A stretch of 64,000 nt of DNA from Candidatus Saccharimonadota bacterium (lineage in GTDB: Bacteria; Patescibacteriota; Saccharimonadia; CAILAD01; BJGX01), in the NCBI GenBank assembly GCA_016191105.1, contig JACPPH010000002.1, forward strand, positions 67,268 through 131,267, given 5' to 3'. The position numbers were made by a program, and so were the translations under genes. The notes beneath the pieces were generated by a model that ran no database searches, was not told where the DNA came from, and worked only from the letters and a program-made list of their open reading frames with translations. Numbering within the stretch: the stretch's first letter is position 1; each line of letters opens with the position of its first letter. This document shows, in pieces, positions 1 through 9,413 of the stretch.

Positions 1-435
1 CTTCAAGGCCAGCTAGAGAAGGCCGGCGTCGACAAGCCCAAAGCAACCGCCCCTGCCGATGCTGCAGGTGGTAAGGTTATTGAGGGTCGATTTGATGGAC
101 AAAATATGATTGGTCCTGGGGATAAGGTTTACCCTGTACCAGCTAATTATGCTAGTAAGTCCAAGTTAGTTGAAGGCGATACCCTTAAACTTACCATTGC
201 TCAAGACGGTAGTTTTATCTATAAGCAGATAGGCCCAATAGAACGCAAAAAACTCATTGCCACAGTTGGTCTAGAAAACGGCCAGTATGTTGCTATCGCT
301 GGCGATAACCACTACCGAGTACTATATGCCAGCGTAACTTACTTTAAGGCTCAACCTGGCGACGAGGTAACGATTGTGATCCCTGCCCATGGCCAGGCTA
401 ATTGGGCGGCGATTGAAGCTGTAATTGGTAGCTAG
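1..435 (+). CDS. CPR-type conserved hypothetical protein (5' truncated by window edge)
   Basis: Frame is open from base 1 (LQGQLEKAG...VIEGRFDGQNMIGPGDKVYPVPANYASKSKLVEGD). I recall this motif from Patescibacteria proteins; function unknown. Confidence 0.75.
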   Translation, partial: LQGQLEKAGVDKPKATAPADAAGGKVIEGRFDGQNMIGPGDKVYPVPANYASKSKLVEGDTLKLTIAQDGSFIYKQIGPIERKKLIATVGLENGQYVAIAGDNHYRVLYASVTYFKAQPGDEVTIVIPAHGQANWAAIEAVIGS

Positions 436-1008
436 TCAAATTTGTTTGTAGAACAAGACGGCCTGATAATTTCTTAGCCCGAATAAATCTATTGGTGGGT
501 GAGTACATGCCCTAGTAAAACCATTTTTGGTGTGCCAAATAATCGAGGCACAATTTGTTAGTGGCGCAGTGGCCACAATTGAGAATAAATGACTATATCC
601 TTCTTCTTTCAAGCTTTCAACGGCGTCCGTAAGCAGTTTCGTGGCTATGCCCCTACTCTACCTTTCAGAAGCAATATGATGAAGTGTTAATGCTGTGTCG
701 TCATTATAGTAGATGTTTTTTAGATCTTTACTAAACCACTCGATGTTATCGGCATCTTCTGGAAAATATTCTTCTTTGCTAATATCAATGTAGCCCACAA
801 CATCGCCGTCTTCTTCGGCGACTCTTAGCAACTTAGAGATTTTCATCCGATCACCAGCTGAAGCCTCCTCTGCACTGACAGTGAAACCTCTTTGCTGAAC
901 CTCAGCACCGTATGCAGGATCCCCACTCTTAGTCACGTCTAGGACATACTTATCGTGGAGCGCCTGTATATGATCAACGTCGTGAGCTTCTGCTGGTCGA
1001 ATAATCAT
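436..1008 (-). pseudogene. GNAT acetyltransferase interrupted by one in-frame TAG (658-660)
   Basis: Reading through the TAG gives HIASER*SRGIATKLLTDAVESLKEEGYSHLFSIV...NCASIIWHTKNGF...YKQI to TGA at 436-438. This completes GNAT motifs A and B, and the stop abuts the neighbouring gene's stop. Confidence 0.8.
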
Positions 1009-1100
1009 TCTTATATGTTATCACAGCCAATGTACTGTAAAATATGGCCGTAGTATAATGGATTTATGAGAGGGGGATTTTTTAGATTTCGCGCTTAGCA

Positions 1101-2528
1101 TTGTATCGCAAATATCGCCCAGCCGAGTTTAACGAGGTGGTTGGCCAGGAACACGTTACCAAAACCCTGCAGGCCGCTATTAAAAAGGGAGTGGTTTCGC
1201 ATGCCTATTTATTTGCTGGCCCGCGCGGTACCGGCAAGACTACTGTGGCTCGCAATCTGGCCCGCGGCGTAAACAAGCTCATGGGCGACCAAGAGCTAAG
1301 TAGCTATCTAGACGTAATAGAAATCGATGCTGCTAGTAACCGGGGAATTGACGAAATTCGAGCTCTGCGCGACACCATAGCAACCGCCCCCGCCCAACTT
1401 GATTACAAAGTTTATATAATCGACGAGGCACACATGCTAACTCGCGAGGCCTTTAACGCCCTACTTAAAACGCTAGAAGAGCCACCCAGCCATGTAATAT
1501 TTATATTGGCTACCACCGAGGCCCATAAGCTACCCGAGACCATTGTGTCGCGCACCCAGCGCTATGACTTTCGGCCAATCGGCCAAGCTGGCATGCTAAC
1601 TAGGCTTCGAGAAATTGCTCAAGCCGAGAGCATTAAAATTAGCCAGGACGGTCTAGAGGCGATCGCGGCTTTTAGCCACGGCGGCTTTCGCGATGCCATT
1701 GGTTTGCTCGACCAGTTGTCGGTTATGGATGAGGAGATTACGGCTGAACAGGTGGGGCAGTTTTTGGGTCGTGTTACTGAGGCTGATTTGAAGAAGTTAT
1801 TACTAAGTCTACAAGCTGGTGACGCCAATGGCGGCCTGGAACAGCTAAAGGCTATTTTAGCAGGTGGCTACGATGGCCTGGTGGTTACCCAGCAACTGCT
1901 AGATTTATTAAGGCTTCAGCTTTTGCAGGCCAGCCAGCAAGACAACAAAGTCAACCTGGCCTTTACAAGAACGGCTATAGAGGCCCTGGCCCAAGCCCTG
2001 GTCGGTTTTAAAATAACAACGCACCCGAGCCTACCGTTGGAACTGGCAATAGTGGAAATAGCTCTGGGGCCACTAGAGGCTAGACCCGTAGACGACCAAG
2101 CTCAGTCTGCGAATACCTCCCAAGCTACCACCAAAAGCTCAAGTCCAGCTACTGACCCTCAAAAATCAAAGCCGTCAGCTCCAACTAAAAACAATCCCGA
2201 GGCTGAGCGGCTTTGCACCAAGGCTCTTAGCCTTATTAAGCAGCACAACAACTCACTCTACGCTGTCTTGCGTTCGGCCAAGTACCATATGGATGGTGAT
2301 AATTTTGTAGTAACTTGTAGATTTAGCTTTCACAAAGAGCGCATAGAGGAACCTCGTAATAAGGCGCTAATAGAAAAAGCTATGACCAAAGCATTTGGGC
2401 GACCAATTGAATTGCAGTGTAAACTTGAGGATACTAGTATGTCTAATGTCGAACCCGACAGCAAAGACAGCGAGCTCATAAGTTCAGCCATGGCCATACT
2501 TGGAGGGGAGTTGGTTGATGGCGAATAA
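1101..2528 (+). CDS. dnaX: DNA polymerase III subunit gamma/tau
   Basis: YRKYRP, Walker A GPRGTGKT, EIDAASN, IIDEAHML, SRTQ. True start may be ATT at 1086 (see findings). Confidence 0.97.
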   Translation: MYRKYRPAEFNEVVGQEHVTKTLQAAIKKGVVSHAYLFAGPRGTGKTTVARNLARGVNKLMGDQELSSYLDVIEIDAASNRGIDEIRALRDTIATAPAQLDYKVYIIDEAHMLTREAFNALLKTLEEPPSHVIFILATTEAHKLPETIVSRTQRYDFRPIGQAGMLTRLREIAQAESIKISQDGLEAIAAFSHGGFRDAIGLLDQLSVMDEEITAEQVGQFLGRVTEADLKKLLLSLQAGDANGGLEQLKAILAGGYDGLVVTQQLLDLLRLQLLQASQQDNKVNLAFTRTAIEALAQALVGFKITTHPSLPLELAIVEIALGPLEARPVDDQAQSANTSQATTKSSSPATDPQKSKPSAPTKNNPEAERLCTKALSLIKQHNNSLYAVLRSAKYHMDGDNFVVTCRFSFHKERIEEPRNKALIEKAMTKAFGRPIELQCKLEDTSMSNVEPDSKDSELISSAMAILGGELVDGE

Positions 2529-3861
2529 ACCAGATAGCATGAGAATGCCGCCCCAAAACATTCAGGCCGAGTCGAGCCTGCTGGGCTCCTTACTGCTTGA
2601 CCGAGACGCTATTATCAAGGTGGCCGATCTAGTGGCGACCGATGATTTTTATGTCGAAAAAAACGGCATGATTTTTGCCGCTGTACTGTCTCTATACGAA
2701 AAACGTCAACCAGTCGATGTGGTAACGCTGTCCAGCTTCTTAGAAGACAAAAAGCAACTCGATACAGTGGGCGGGGCCACTTATCTGACAGAGCTTGTAA
2801 ACTCGGTGCCGTCGGCGGCGCATGTACAACAATACGCCCAAATTGTTGCTCAAAAGGCCACATTAAGGCGCTTGATAGTGGCTTCTAGCGAAATTAACAA
2901 ACTGGCCTACGACGAATCTGCGGTTCTGGAATCGGTGCTCGATACCGCCGAGCAAACACTGTTTAATGTTAGCCAAAAGCATCTCAAGCAGAACTTTACA
3001 CCCATAAAGGATGTGTTGGTTGAGAGTTTTGACCGCCTGGATAGTCTTCACAAAGACAAAAATAAACTACGTGGTGTGCCCACGGGCTTTAAAAGCTTAG
3101 ATAATTTGCTAGCCGGCCTGCAAAAGTCTGATCTGATAATCTTGGCAGCTAGACCAAGTTTAGGAAAGACCTCGCTGGCGCTTAACATGGCTCAGCATAT
3201 TGCTACAAAAGAGGGCGTGCCGGTTGGAATCTTCAGTCTCGAGATGAGCAAAGAGCAGTTGATTGACCGCTTGTTAGCAGCTGAGGCCGGCATAGACAGC
3301 TGGAAGCTGCGTACCGGGAACTTAGAGGATAGTGATTTTGAGCGAATTAATAAAGCCATGGGGATATTATCTGAGGCGCCAGTATATATTGACGACTCAG
3401 CCATGGCCAATGTTCTAGAAATGCGCACTAAAGCCAGGCGGCTTCAGGCCGAGCACGACTTGGGCCTGATAATCATTGACTATTTACAGCTTATGAGTGG
3501 CCGCCAAGCTTATGGTGAAAACCGAGTTCAGGAAATATCAGAAATTTCACGCGGGCTAAAAGGGCTAGCCCGCGAGCTCGATGTGCCGGTAATTGCCCTA
3601 AGTCAGCTTAGTCGGTCGGTCGAGATGCGCTCGCCCAAGATACCACAGCTGTCTGACCTGCGTGAATCAGGCAGTATTGAGCAAGACGCCGACGTGGTGA
3701 TGTTTATATATCGCGAGGATTATTATGAAACCGACACGGAGCGCAAAAACATTGCCGACATTTTGGTTAAAAAGCATCGCAATGGCCCAACTGGCGATAT
3801 CGAACTGTTCTTCAACAAAGAACAGATGCTGTTCAGAAGCTTAGATCGTACTCACAAGTAA
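2518..3861 (+). CDS. dnaB: Replicative DNA helicase
   Basis: PPQNIQAE, AARPSLGKT, FSLEM, IIDYLQLM, LSDLRESGSIEQDAD. ATG 2518 follows GGAGGGG. Confidence 0.98.
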   Translation: MANKPDSMRMPPQNIQAESSLLGSLLLDRDAIIKVADLVATDDFYVEKNGMIFAAVLSLYEKRQPVDVVTLSSFLEDKKQLDTVGGATYLTELVNSVPSAAHVQQYAQIVAQKATLRRLIVASSEINKLAYDESAVLESVLDTAEQTLFNVSQKHLKQNFTPIKDVLVESFDRLDSLHKDKNKLRGVPTGFKSLDNLLAGLQKSDLIILAARPSLGKTSLALNMAQHIATKEGVPVGIFSLEMSKEQLIDRLLAAEAGIDSWKLRTGNLEDSDFERINKAMGILSEAPVYIDDSAMANVLEMRTKARRLQAEHDLGLIIIDYLQLMSGRQAYGENRVQEISEISRGLKGLARELDVPVIALSQLSRSVEMRSPKIPQLSDLRESGSIEQDADVVMFIYREDYYETDTERKNIADILVKKHRNGPTGDIELFFNKEQMLFRSLDRTHK

Positions 3862-3909
3862 ATTTTTTGGCTATCGTCACAAAAGTCGTTATAATAAACA
3901 TTAATTCTT

Positions 3910-4446
3910 ATGCCTAAAAAGAAATCATCTAGTGAAGTAGCTCAATTAATTAGGTTCGTAGCGGTGGGCGTGGTTAACACGCTGGTTGATTTTGTGGTTC
4001 TAAATGTGCTGGTAGTCACGCTACTGCCCAAAACAGCTAGCTTTGGTAACCTTGTGGTATCTGGCCAAATGATTAGCTTGAATGGAGTGGTCGTGGCTGG
4101 TGTTATATCTGGCACTGTGGCCATGATTGTTAGTTTTTTGCTAAACTCTCGCTTTACTTTTCGTATTCGTCATGTGGCTCGCAAGAGGATAGTTTACTTT
4201 TTTACTATTACTGCTTTCGGGCTTTACATTATTAGACCGGCTATCTTAAAAATAATGACCGGTGCCTGGGTATGGCCATCGACAGTGGTTTATAAGATTA
4301 CAAGCTTTTTGCGCTTGCCATTTAGCCAAAGCTTTGATGAACGAAATACTGCCCTAGCAGCAGCTATTTTAATAGTACTGAGCTATAATTACCTAATGTA
4401 TAAATACTTTGTGTTTGTAGATGAAAAGCAAGTCAAACAAGCTTGA
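3910..4446 (+). CDS. GtrA-family flippase-like membrane protein
   Basis: RFVAVGVVNTLVD, SFLLNSRFTF, YNYLMYKYFVF; about 4 TM segments. Confidence 0.88.
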   Translation: MPKKKSSSEVAQLIRFVAVGVVNTLVDFVVLNVLVVTLLPKTASFGNLVVSGQMISLNGVVVAGVISGTVAMIVSFLLNSRFTFRIRHVARKRIVYFFTITAFGLYIIRPAILKIMTGAWVWPSTVVYKITSFLRLPFSQSFDERNTALAAAILIVLSYNYLMYKYFVFVDEKQVKQA

Positions 4447-5992
4447 GACCTTTAAGAAATATCTGCCGCTAATCCTGCTGCTGTTAGTTATTGGTTTGGC
4501 AGTGTTCTTTAGGTTCTGGCAGTTGTGGAAATTGCCGCCCGGGCTTCATCCCGACGAAGCTGCGAATGGCCTAGATATTTTCAAGATGTTCGATCGTTAT
4601 GACTTTCGGATTATTTATAACACCAATGGTCCTAGAGAAGCCCTGTTTTTTTATTTGCAAGCAATTTTTGTAGCCTTTATGGGCAGCACAACACTAGCCT
4701 TGCGAATGGCGCCGGCTCTTGGCGGAGTGGCAGCGGTGGTGGTTGTTTATTTCTTGGCCAAAGATTGGTTTGGTCGCCGTGCGGGCTTATTGGCGGCCTT
4801 TATTATGGCTGTAAACCCATGGGCCGTGATAATCACTAGAGATGGTTTTAGAGCCAGCCTGGTGCCTTTGTTTGTGGCTCTAACTGCGTTGCTGGCAGGC
4901 AAAGCCTACAAAACCTCGCGGATTGTGTATTTTGTGTTGGCCGGAGCTGTTTTTGGGCTTGGTTTTTATAGCTATACAGCCTTCTCGTTGTTTTCCCTGG
5001 TGCCTGCGGCTGGGTTGATTTATATGCTGCTTTTCAGGCGCCTCTGGCTAAGGGCAAATTTAAAAAAGCTTGGCATAGCCCTACTTACAACCTTGATAGT
5101 TCTAACACCACTTGTTGTTACAATTGTTCGGAATCCTGGCGATTCAGTTGCCCGGGCTGGCGGTACCAGCGTGCTTAATAGTCAGCTCAATGGTGGCCGG
5201 CCGCTGCAAGCGTTTGCTAGCGGTGTTGGTAAGACGTTGCTCCAATACAATCTGTTTGGCGATGAAAATCCGCGCCACAATGTACCGGGCGAACCACTGC
5301 TGAATACGTTTGTAGGTATTATGATGATTCTGGGCTTAGGCGTTTGTTTTTTACGTTTCAAGCGCATTGCTTACGCGGCCACTATAGCCCTGTTCTTTGT
5401 TATGATGTTGCCGGCGGTTTTAACGGCCGAAAGCCTGCCCCATGCCTTGCGCAGCGTTGGCACCGAAGTTGGAGCCTTTCTGCTAGCCGCCATTGGCATT
5501 AACTATTTACTTCAAAAGTGGTATAAAACATTTCCGGTTAATGCACCGGCTCGCAATTTGGGCCTGGTCTTGATTTGCGGCCTGCTGGTGTTGACCGCAG
5601 TTCAGGGCTACCGGGCCTATTTTGTGGCTTGGGCTCAGGACCCCGAAACATATTCTGCTTATTCAGAAAACATGACTTCAATCGCCAACTACCTTAACAG
5701 TTCTAAAGGCAGTGACCGCAAATATTTGGTAGCAGACGAATACAGCGCCAAACCTGTCGAATATCTAACTCACTATAAATCGTCTTATGATCTTTTAGAT
5801 CAAGCTTCTTTGCGCAGCCTACCGCTTACCAACGGCCAGAAATTGTTTATTATTCCGGCTGGTGACCAATCCAGCTCCGAAATCGATTTAATAAAAAGTA
5901 AATTTCCTGGTGGCACAATAACACCGCGCTATTCTGATTTTAGCGGAAAGGCTCTATTCTACACCTACGAGGTGAACTACAGTGGCAGTTGA
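4421..5992 (+). CDS. GT-C fold glycosyltransferase (ArnT/PMT, GT39/83-like)
   Basis: PPGLHPDEA loop after TM1; many TM helices; soluble C-terminal domain. Confidence 0.87.
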   Translation: MKSKSNKLETFKKYLPLILLLLVIGLAVFFRFWQLWKLPPGLHPDEAANGLDIFKMFDRYDFRIIYNTNGPREALFFYLQAIFVAFMGSTTLALRMAPALGGVAAVVVVYFLAKDWFGRRAGLLAAFIMAVNPWAVIITRDGFRASLVPLFVALTALLAGKAYKTSRIVYFVLAGAVFGLGFYSYTAFSLFSLVPAAGLIYMLLFRRLWLRANLKKLGIALLTTLIVLTPLVVTIVRNPGDSVARAGGTSVLNSQLNGGRPLQAFASGVGKTLLQYNLFGDENPRHNVPGEPLLNTFVGIMMILGLGVCFLRFKRIAYAATIALFFVMMLPAVLTAESLPHALRSVGTEVGAFLLAAIGINYLLQKWYKTFPVNAPARNLGLVLICGLLVLTAVQGYRAYFVAWAQDPETYSAYSENMTSIANYLNSSKGSDRKYLVADEYSAKPVEYLTHYKSSYDLLDQASLRSLPLTNGQKLFIIPAGDQSSSEIDLIKSKFPGGTITPRYSDFSGKALFYTYEVNYSGS

Positions 5993-6752
5993 TTTAAGTA
6001 TAGTTATACCGACCTTAAACGAAGCCAAGCGAATAGACTCAGCTCTTAGGGAGTTGTCAGCTTATTTGCGCAAGCAAAAGCAATCAGTTGAGGTAATAAT
6101 TGTGGATCTACATAGCCCTGACGGCACGGCCGAGCTTGCCAAAAAACAGGCCAAGGCATTTGAGAGTCTAAAAGTTATTGATGCTGGGCCTAGGCCAAAG
6201 GGTAAGTTCCTTAAGGGCAAGCAGGTTAAATTGGGGGTAATGGCTGCCAAGGGTCGCTACATTATGTTTATGGATGCCGACCTGGCGACTCCACTCAAGT
6301 ATATCGACAATGTATTTGCGCTTATGAAAGAAGAGAAACCGATAGCCATTTGTGTGCGTGACTTGCAAAGTAGCCATACCGGACTGCGTAAGTTTATCTC
6401 TGGGGTAGGCAACTTTTTGGTTCAACTAATCCTGCTGCCGGGGATAAAAGACACCCAGTGTGGCTTTAAGGTTTTTGAGGCAGAGGCCGCTCGCCAAATA
6501 TTTAAACGACAACGGGTTGTTAGTTGGGGGTTCGACATGGAAGCTTTGGCTATTGCCCGCCGGCTGGGCTATAGAATAGATACTATCAGTGTGCCCGATT
6601 GGCACGATGTGGCCGGCGGTTCATTTGGCGGCAAGGCCATTAAATCTACCCTACAGACATTTTTTGATCTGGTAAGGATAAAGTGGTGGCTGATAACAGG
6701 TCGCTACAACAAGGCACGGGGCCATGGTGCAGAATCAGCCGAAATCGCTTAA
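5982..6752 (+). CDS. GT2 polyprenol-phosphate glycosyltransferase (Dpm1/Alg5-like)
   Basis: LSIVIPTLNEA, FMDADL, DTQCGFK, WGFDME. Confidence 0.92.
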   Translation: MAVDLSIVIPTLNEAKRIDSALRELSAYLRKQKQSVEVIIVDLHSPDGTAELAKKQAKAFESLKVIDAGPRPKGKFLKGKQVKLGVMAAKGRYIMFMDADLATPLKYIDNVFALMKEEKPIAICVRDLQSSHTGLRKFISGVGNFLVQLILLPGIKDTQCGFKVFEAEAARQIFKRQRVVSWGFDMEALAIARRLGYRIDTISVPDWHDVAGGSFGGKAIKSTLQTFFDLVRIKWWLITGRYNKARGHGAESAEIA

Positions 6753-8214
6753 GCGGCCAATAATTAGACATTCGGCTATTGTGGTCGGTTTACTAACCCT
6801 GCTCGGCGTGGCTATAAGGTTTAGTTTTATTGCCAAGGCTAGCATTTGGCACGATGAGGCTTTCAGTATAATGCTGGCGAGCCGCAACCCGTTTAGTATT
6901 TGGGCATTGACGGCTCGCGATGTTCACCCGCCGCTTTATTATGAGCTGCTCCATCTATGGATTAATTTGTTTGGTCGCAGCGAGCTGGCAGTCCGCAGCT
7001 TGAGCGCTGTTGCTGGCGCGGCCGTAATCCCGATTGGTTATGTAGTGGCCAAAAAAGCTGCTGGTAGGAGAGCCGGCTATTTTGCACTAGTTTTTCTGGC
7101 TTTGGCGCCATTCCTGATTCGTTACTCGCAAGAGGCGCGCATGTATGGCTTGCTTGGTCTCGAACTGCTGCTAGCACTCTGGGCGGTTATGAATATTGTC
7201 AATAAACCAAGACAGTTTTGGGCTTATGCGGCCTTTGCCACAACCATCACCGCTGGTCTGTACACCCATTATTTTACGGTTTTGGCTGTTTTTAGCCTCT
7301 GGGCTTACCTGATTCTGTTACAGCCATTTAAGCAGTGGAGGCTCGAAAAAACCATTTGGCTAAGCTGGCGGTGGTGGGCGGCAAACATTGTAGCCTTAGT
7401 TTTGTTTCTACCTTGGCTGCCCAGTATGTTGGCGCAGCTCAAGCGCGGCCAAGGCCTAAGCTGGTTGCAACCAACCAGCACTAGAACCGCATTTGACACG
7501 GTGTGGCAATTTCTAACCTTTACCGATGGCCGCTTAACAAATATAGCTTATTGGCTAGTTGGCTTGGTCGTGGTCGCGATGATGGTATGGCTTTGGCAGG
7601 GCGATAAAACCAAACAACGGTTTACTCGCTTAGTAGTGCTGTACACGGCTCTGCCAATTACGATTGGCATTGTGGTGTCGTTGTTTAAGCCAGTGTTCCA
7701 TGAGCGTTATTTTGCCTTTGCAGCGATCGGCTTTTATATTTTACTGGCTTTAATGGTGGACAGGATTTACCGGCTCAATCTCTGGCTGGCCATAGTGGCG
7801 GGGCTGCTGATTTGTGCTGTTGAAGTTGTCGGCATTCGTAACGTTTATGCACAGAGCAATCACCAAATGCGAGCTGAAATGGCGGTGCTAAACGATGGCT
7901 TTCGACCGGGCGATATTATTGTTTCGGGCGAGCTCTACACTTATTTTGATAGTACCTACTACAACTCTACTGGCCAGCGTTTATTGCTTTATACGGGAGT
8001 TGCCGGCAGACCCAATGGCTATGGCGAGTCGAGTCTTATATACGATCAAAACGTCTATCTGGATAGTTATACAGAAATCCCAGTTGGTTCAAGGGTGTGG
8101 CTGGTGGGCAAAACCGGCGATCGCAGCTATTACAGCCAGGTGCCGGCCAGCTGGCAGCTGCAACAGCAGTCTGAGTCGGGCTATAGCGAAGTCCGACACT
8201 ACCTGGTAAAATAA
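6724..8214 (+). CDS. Second GT-C fold glycosyltransferase (GT39-like)
   Basis: IWHDEAFS, DVHPPLYY, YSQEARMY, LYTHY; multi-pass membrane protein. Confidence 0.88.
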   Translation: MVQNQPKSLKRPIIRHSAIVVGLLTLLGVAIRFSFIAKASIWHDEAFSIMLASRNPFSIWALTARDVHPPLYYELLHLWINLFGRSELAVRSLSAVAGAAVIPIGYVVAKKAAGRRAGYFALVFLALAPFLIRYSQEARMYGLLGLELLLALWAVMNIVNKPRQFWAYAAFATTITAGLYTHYFTVLAVFSLWAYLILLQPFKQWRLEKTIWLSWRWWAANIVALVLFLPWLPSMLAQLKRGQGLSWLQPTSTRTAFDTVWQFLTFTDGRLTNIAYWLVGLVVVAMMVWLWQGDKTKQRFTRLVVLYTALPITIGIVVSLFKPVFHERYFAFAAIGFYILLALMVDRIYRLNLWLAIVAGLLICAVEVVGIRNVYAQSNHQMRAEMAVLNDGFRPGDIIVSGELYTYFDSTYYNSTGQRLLLYTGVAGRPNGYGESSLIYDQNVYLDSYTEIPVGSRVWLVGKTGDRSYYSQVPASWQLQQQSESGYSEVRHYLVK

Positions 8215-8238
8215 CTAATTGTTTTAAGGAGACCCTAG

Positions 8239-8547
8239 ATGAGTATGATGGATAAGGCCAAAATGGCCCAAAAAGCTCTTAAACTGCAAAAAGAACTCAA
8301 GCGCCTAAGCATAGAAACCGAAGCTGGCGACGGCTTGGTGCACGTCACGGCCGGCATTGCTATTAGCTCCAGCAGTATGAATGTTGAGATTCGCGATATC
8401 AAGATCGATGAAAGCGCAACCGAAGACCTAGATAGATTGCAAGATCTGCTGGCTAGTGCTATCAACAAGGCCAACAAAGAGATTATGGCCGAAGCTACCG
8501 AGAAGATGCAGGCTATAGCTGGTGGGCTCGGCTTGCCTGGCATGTAG
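8239..8547 (+). CDS. ybaB: YbaB/EbfC nucleoid-associated protein
   Basis: EAGDGLVHVT, LQDLLASAINKA, GGLGLPGM; SD AAGGAG; lies upstream of recR. Confidence 0.9.
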   Translation: MSMMDKAKMAQKALKLQKELKRLSIETEAGDGLVHVTAGIAISSSSMNVEIRDIKIDESATEDLDRLQDLLASAINKANKEIMAEATEKMQAIAGGLGLPGM

Positions 8548-8552
8548 CTGTC

Positions 8553-8668
8553 GGCTGTAAGCTGGAACGAATAGCTGCGTCTAATTTTTGACTTTCACTC
8601 ATCGTACCTTTTGTGCGATTCATTTCGAGTCTCAAATTATCCTTGCACTTCATTCCAATTTTTGAGCC
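8553..8668. repeat. Long imperfect palindrome (REP/MITE-like)
   Basis: Nested arms GGAACGAA/TTCATTCC and ATCGTAC-cttt-GTGCGAT; CTGCG...CCTTGC asymmetry; ends TTTTTGAGCC. Confidence 0.55.
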
Positions 8669-8742
8669 TTAACATTTTCACTAAATCTGAAATACAATCG
8701 AGCTTATGGTATTATAAACAGAAGCTTTAAAAAGGTGGGTTT

Positions 8743-9336
8743 TTGGATATTTTGCCAGAGGGGGTAACCCAATTAATTGAAGAGTTTTCCAAATTACCAT
8801 CGGTTGGCCCGAAAACGGCCGAGCGGCTGGTTTTTTATTTGCTCAAAAGTGATGACTACGAGGGTTTGGGTCGGGCTGTGCTCGAGCTCAAACAGGGCCT
8901 ACAAAACTGCGAGGTCTGTCGTAACTTTGCCACCTCGAGCCGGTGCTCCATTTGCGCCAATCATAGCCGCGATCAAAAGTTGATATGTGTGGTGTCGCAG
9001 CCACTCGATATTGTGGCTATCGAAAAAACTAGCCTATACAAAGGCACCTACCATGTTTTACATGGCGTAATCAGTCCGGTAGAGGGTATTGGCCCCGACG
9101 ATTTAGAGCTTGAGAGCTTATTCGAGCGAGTGCGCAAGCTAAATCCAGAAGAAATTATTTTGGCCACCAACCCTAACCTAGAAGGCGAGACTACGGCGCT
9201 GTATATCTCTAAAAAACTTAATGATTTTGATGGTAAGATTACCAAGCTGGCTCATGGCTTACCGATCGGGGCTGATCTAGAGTACGCCGACCAAATGACG
9301 CTTGGCCGAGCGCTCAACAATCGATTGAGCTTTTAA
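8743..9336 (+). CDS. recR: Recombination mediator RecR
   Basis: LPSVGPKTAERL, C4 zinc finger, YHVLHG, ILATNPNLEGETTA. Confidence 0.97.
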   Translation: MDILPEGVTQLIEEFSKLPSVGPKTAERLVFYLLKSDDYEGLGRAVLELKQGLQNCEVCRNFATSSRCSICANHSRDQKLICVVSQPLDIVAIEKTSLYKGTYHVLHGVISPVEGIGPDDLELESLFERVRKLNPEEIILATNPNLEGETTALYISKKLNDFDGKITKLAHGLPIGADLEYADQMTLGRALNNRLSF

Positions 9337-9413
9337 ATGCTAGATTTTCAGGTACTAATATGCTATTATAGTGTCCGAATCAATCCGCACCACCAAGAAA
9401 GTAGGTAAGAGTC

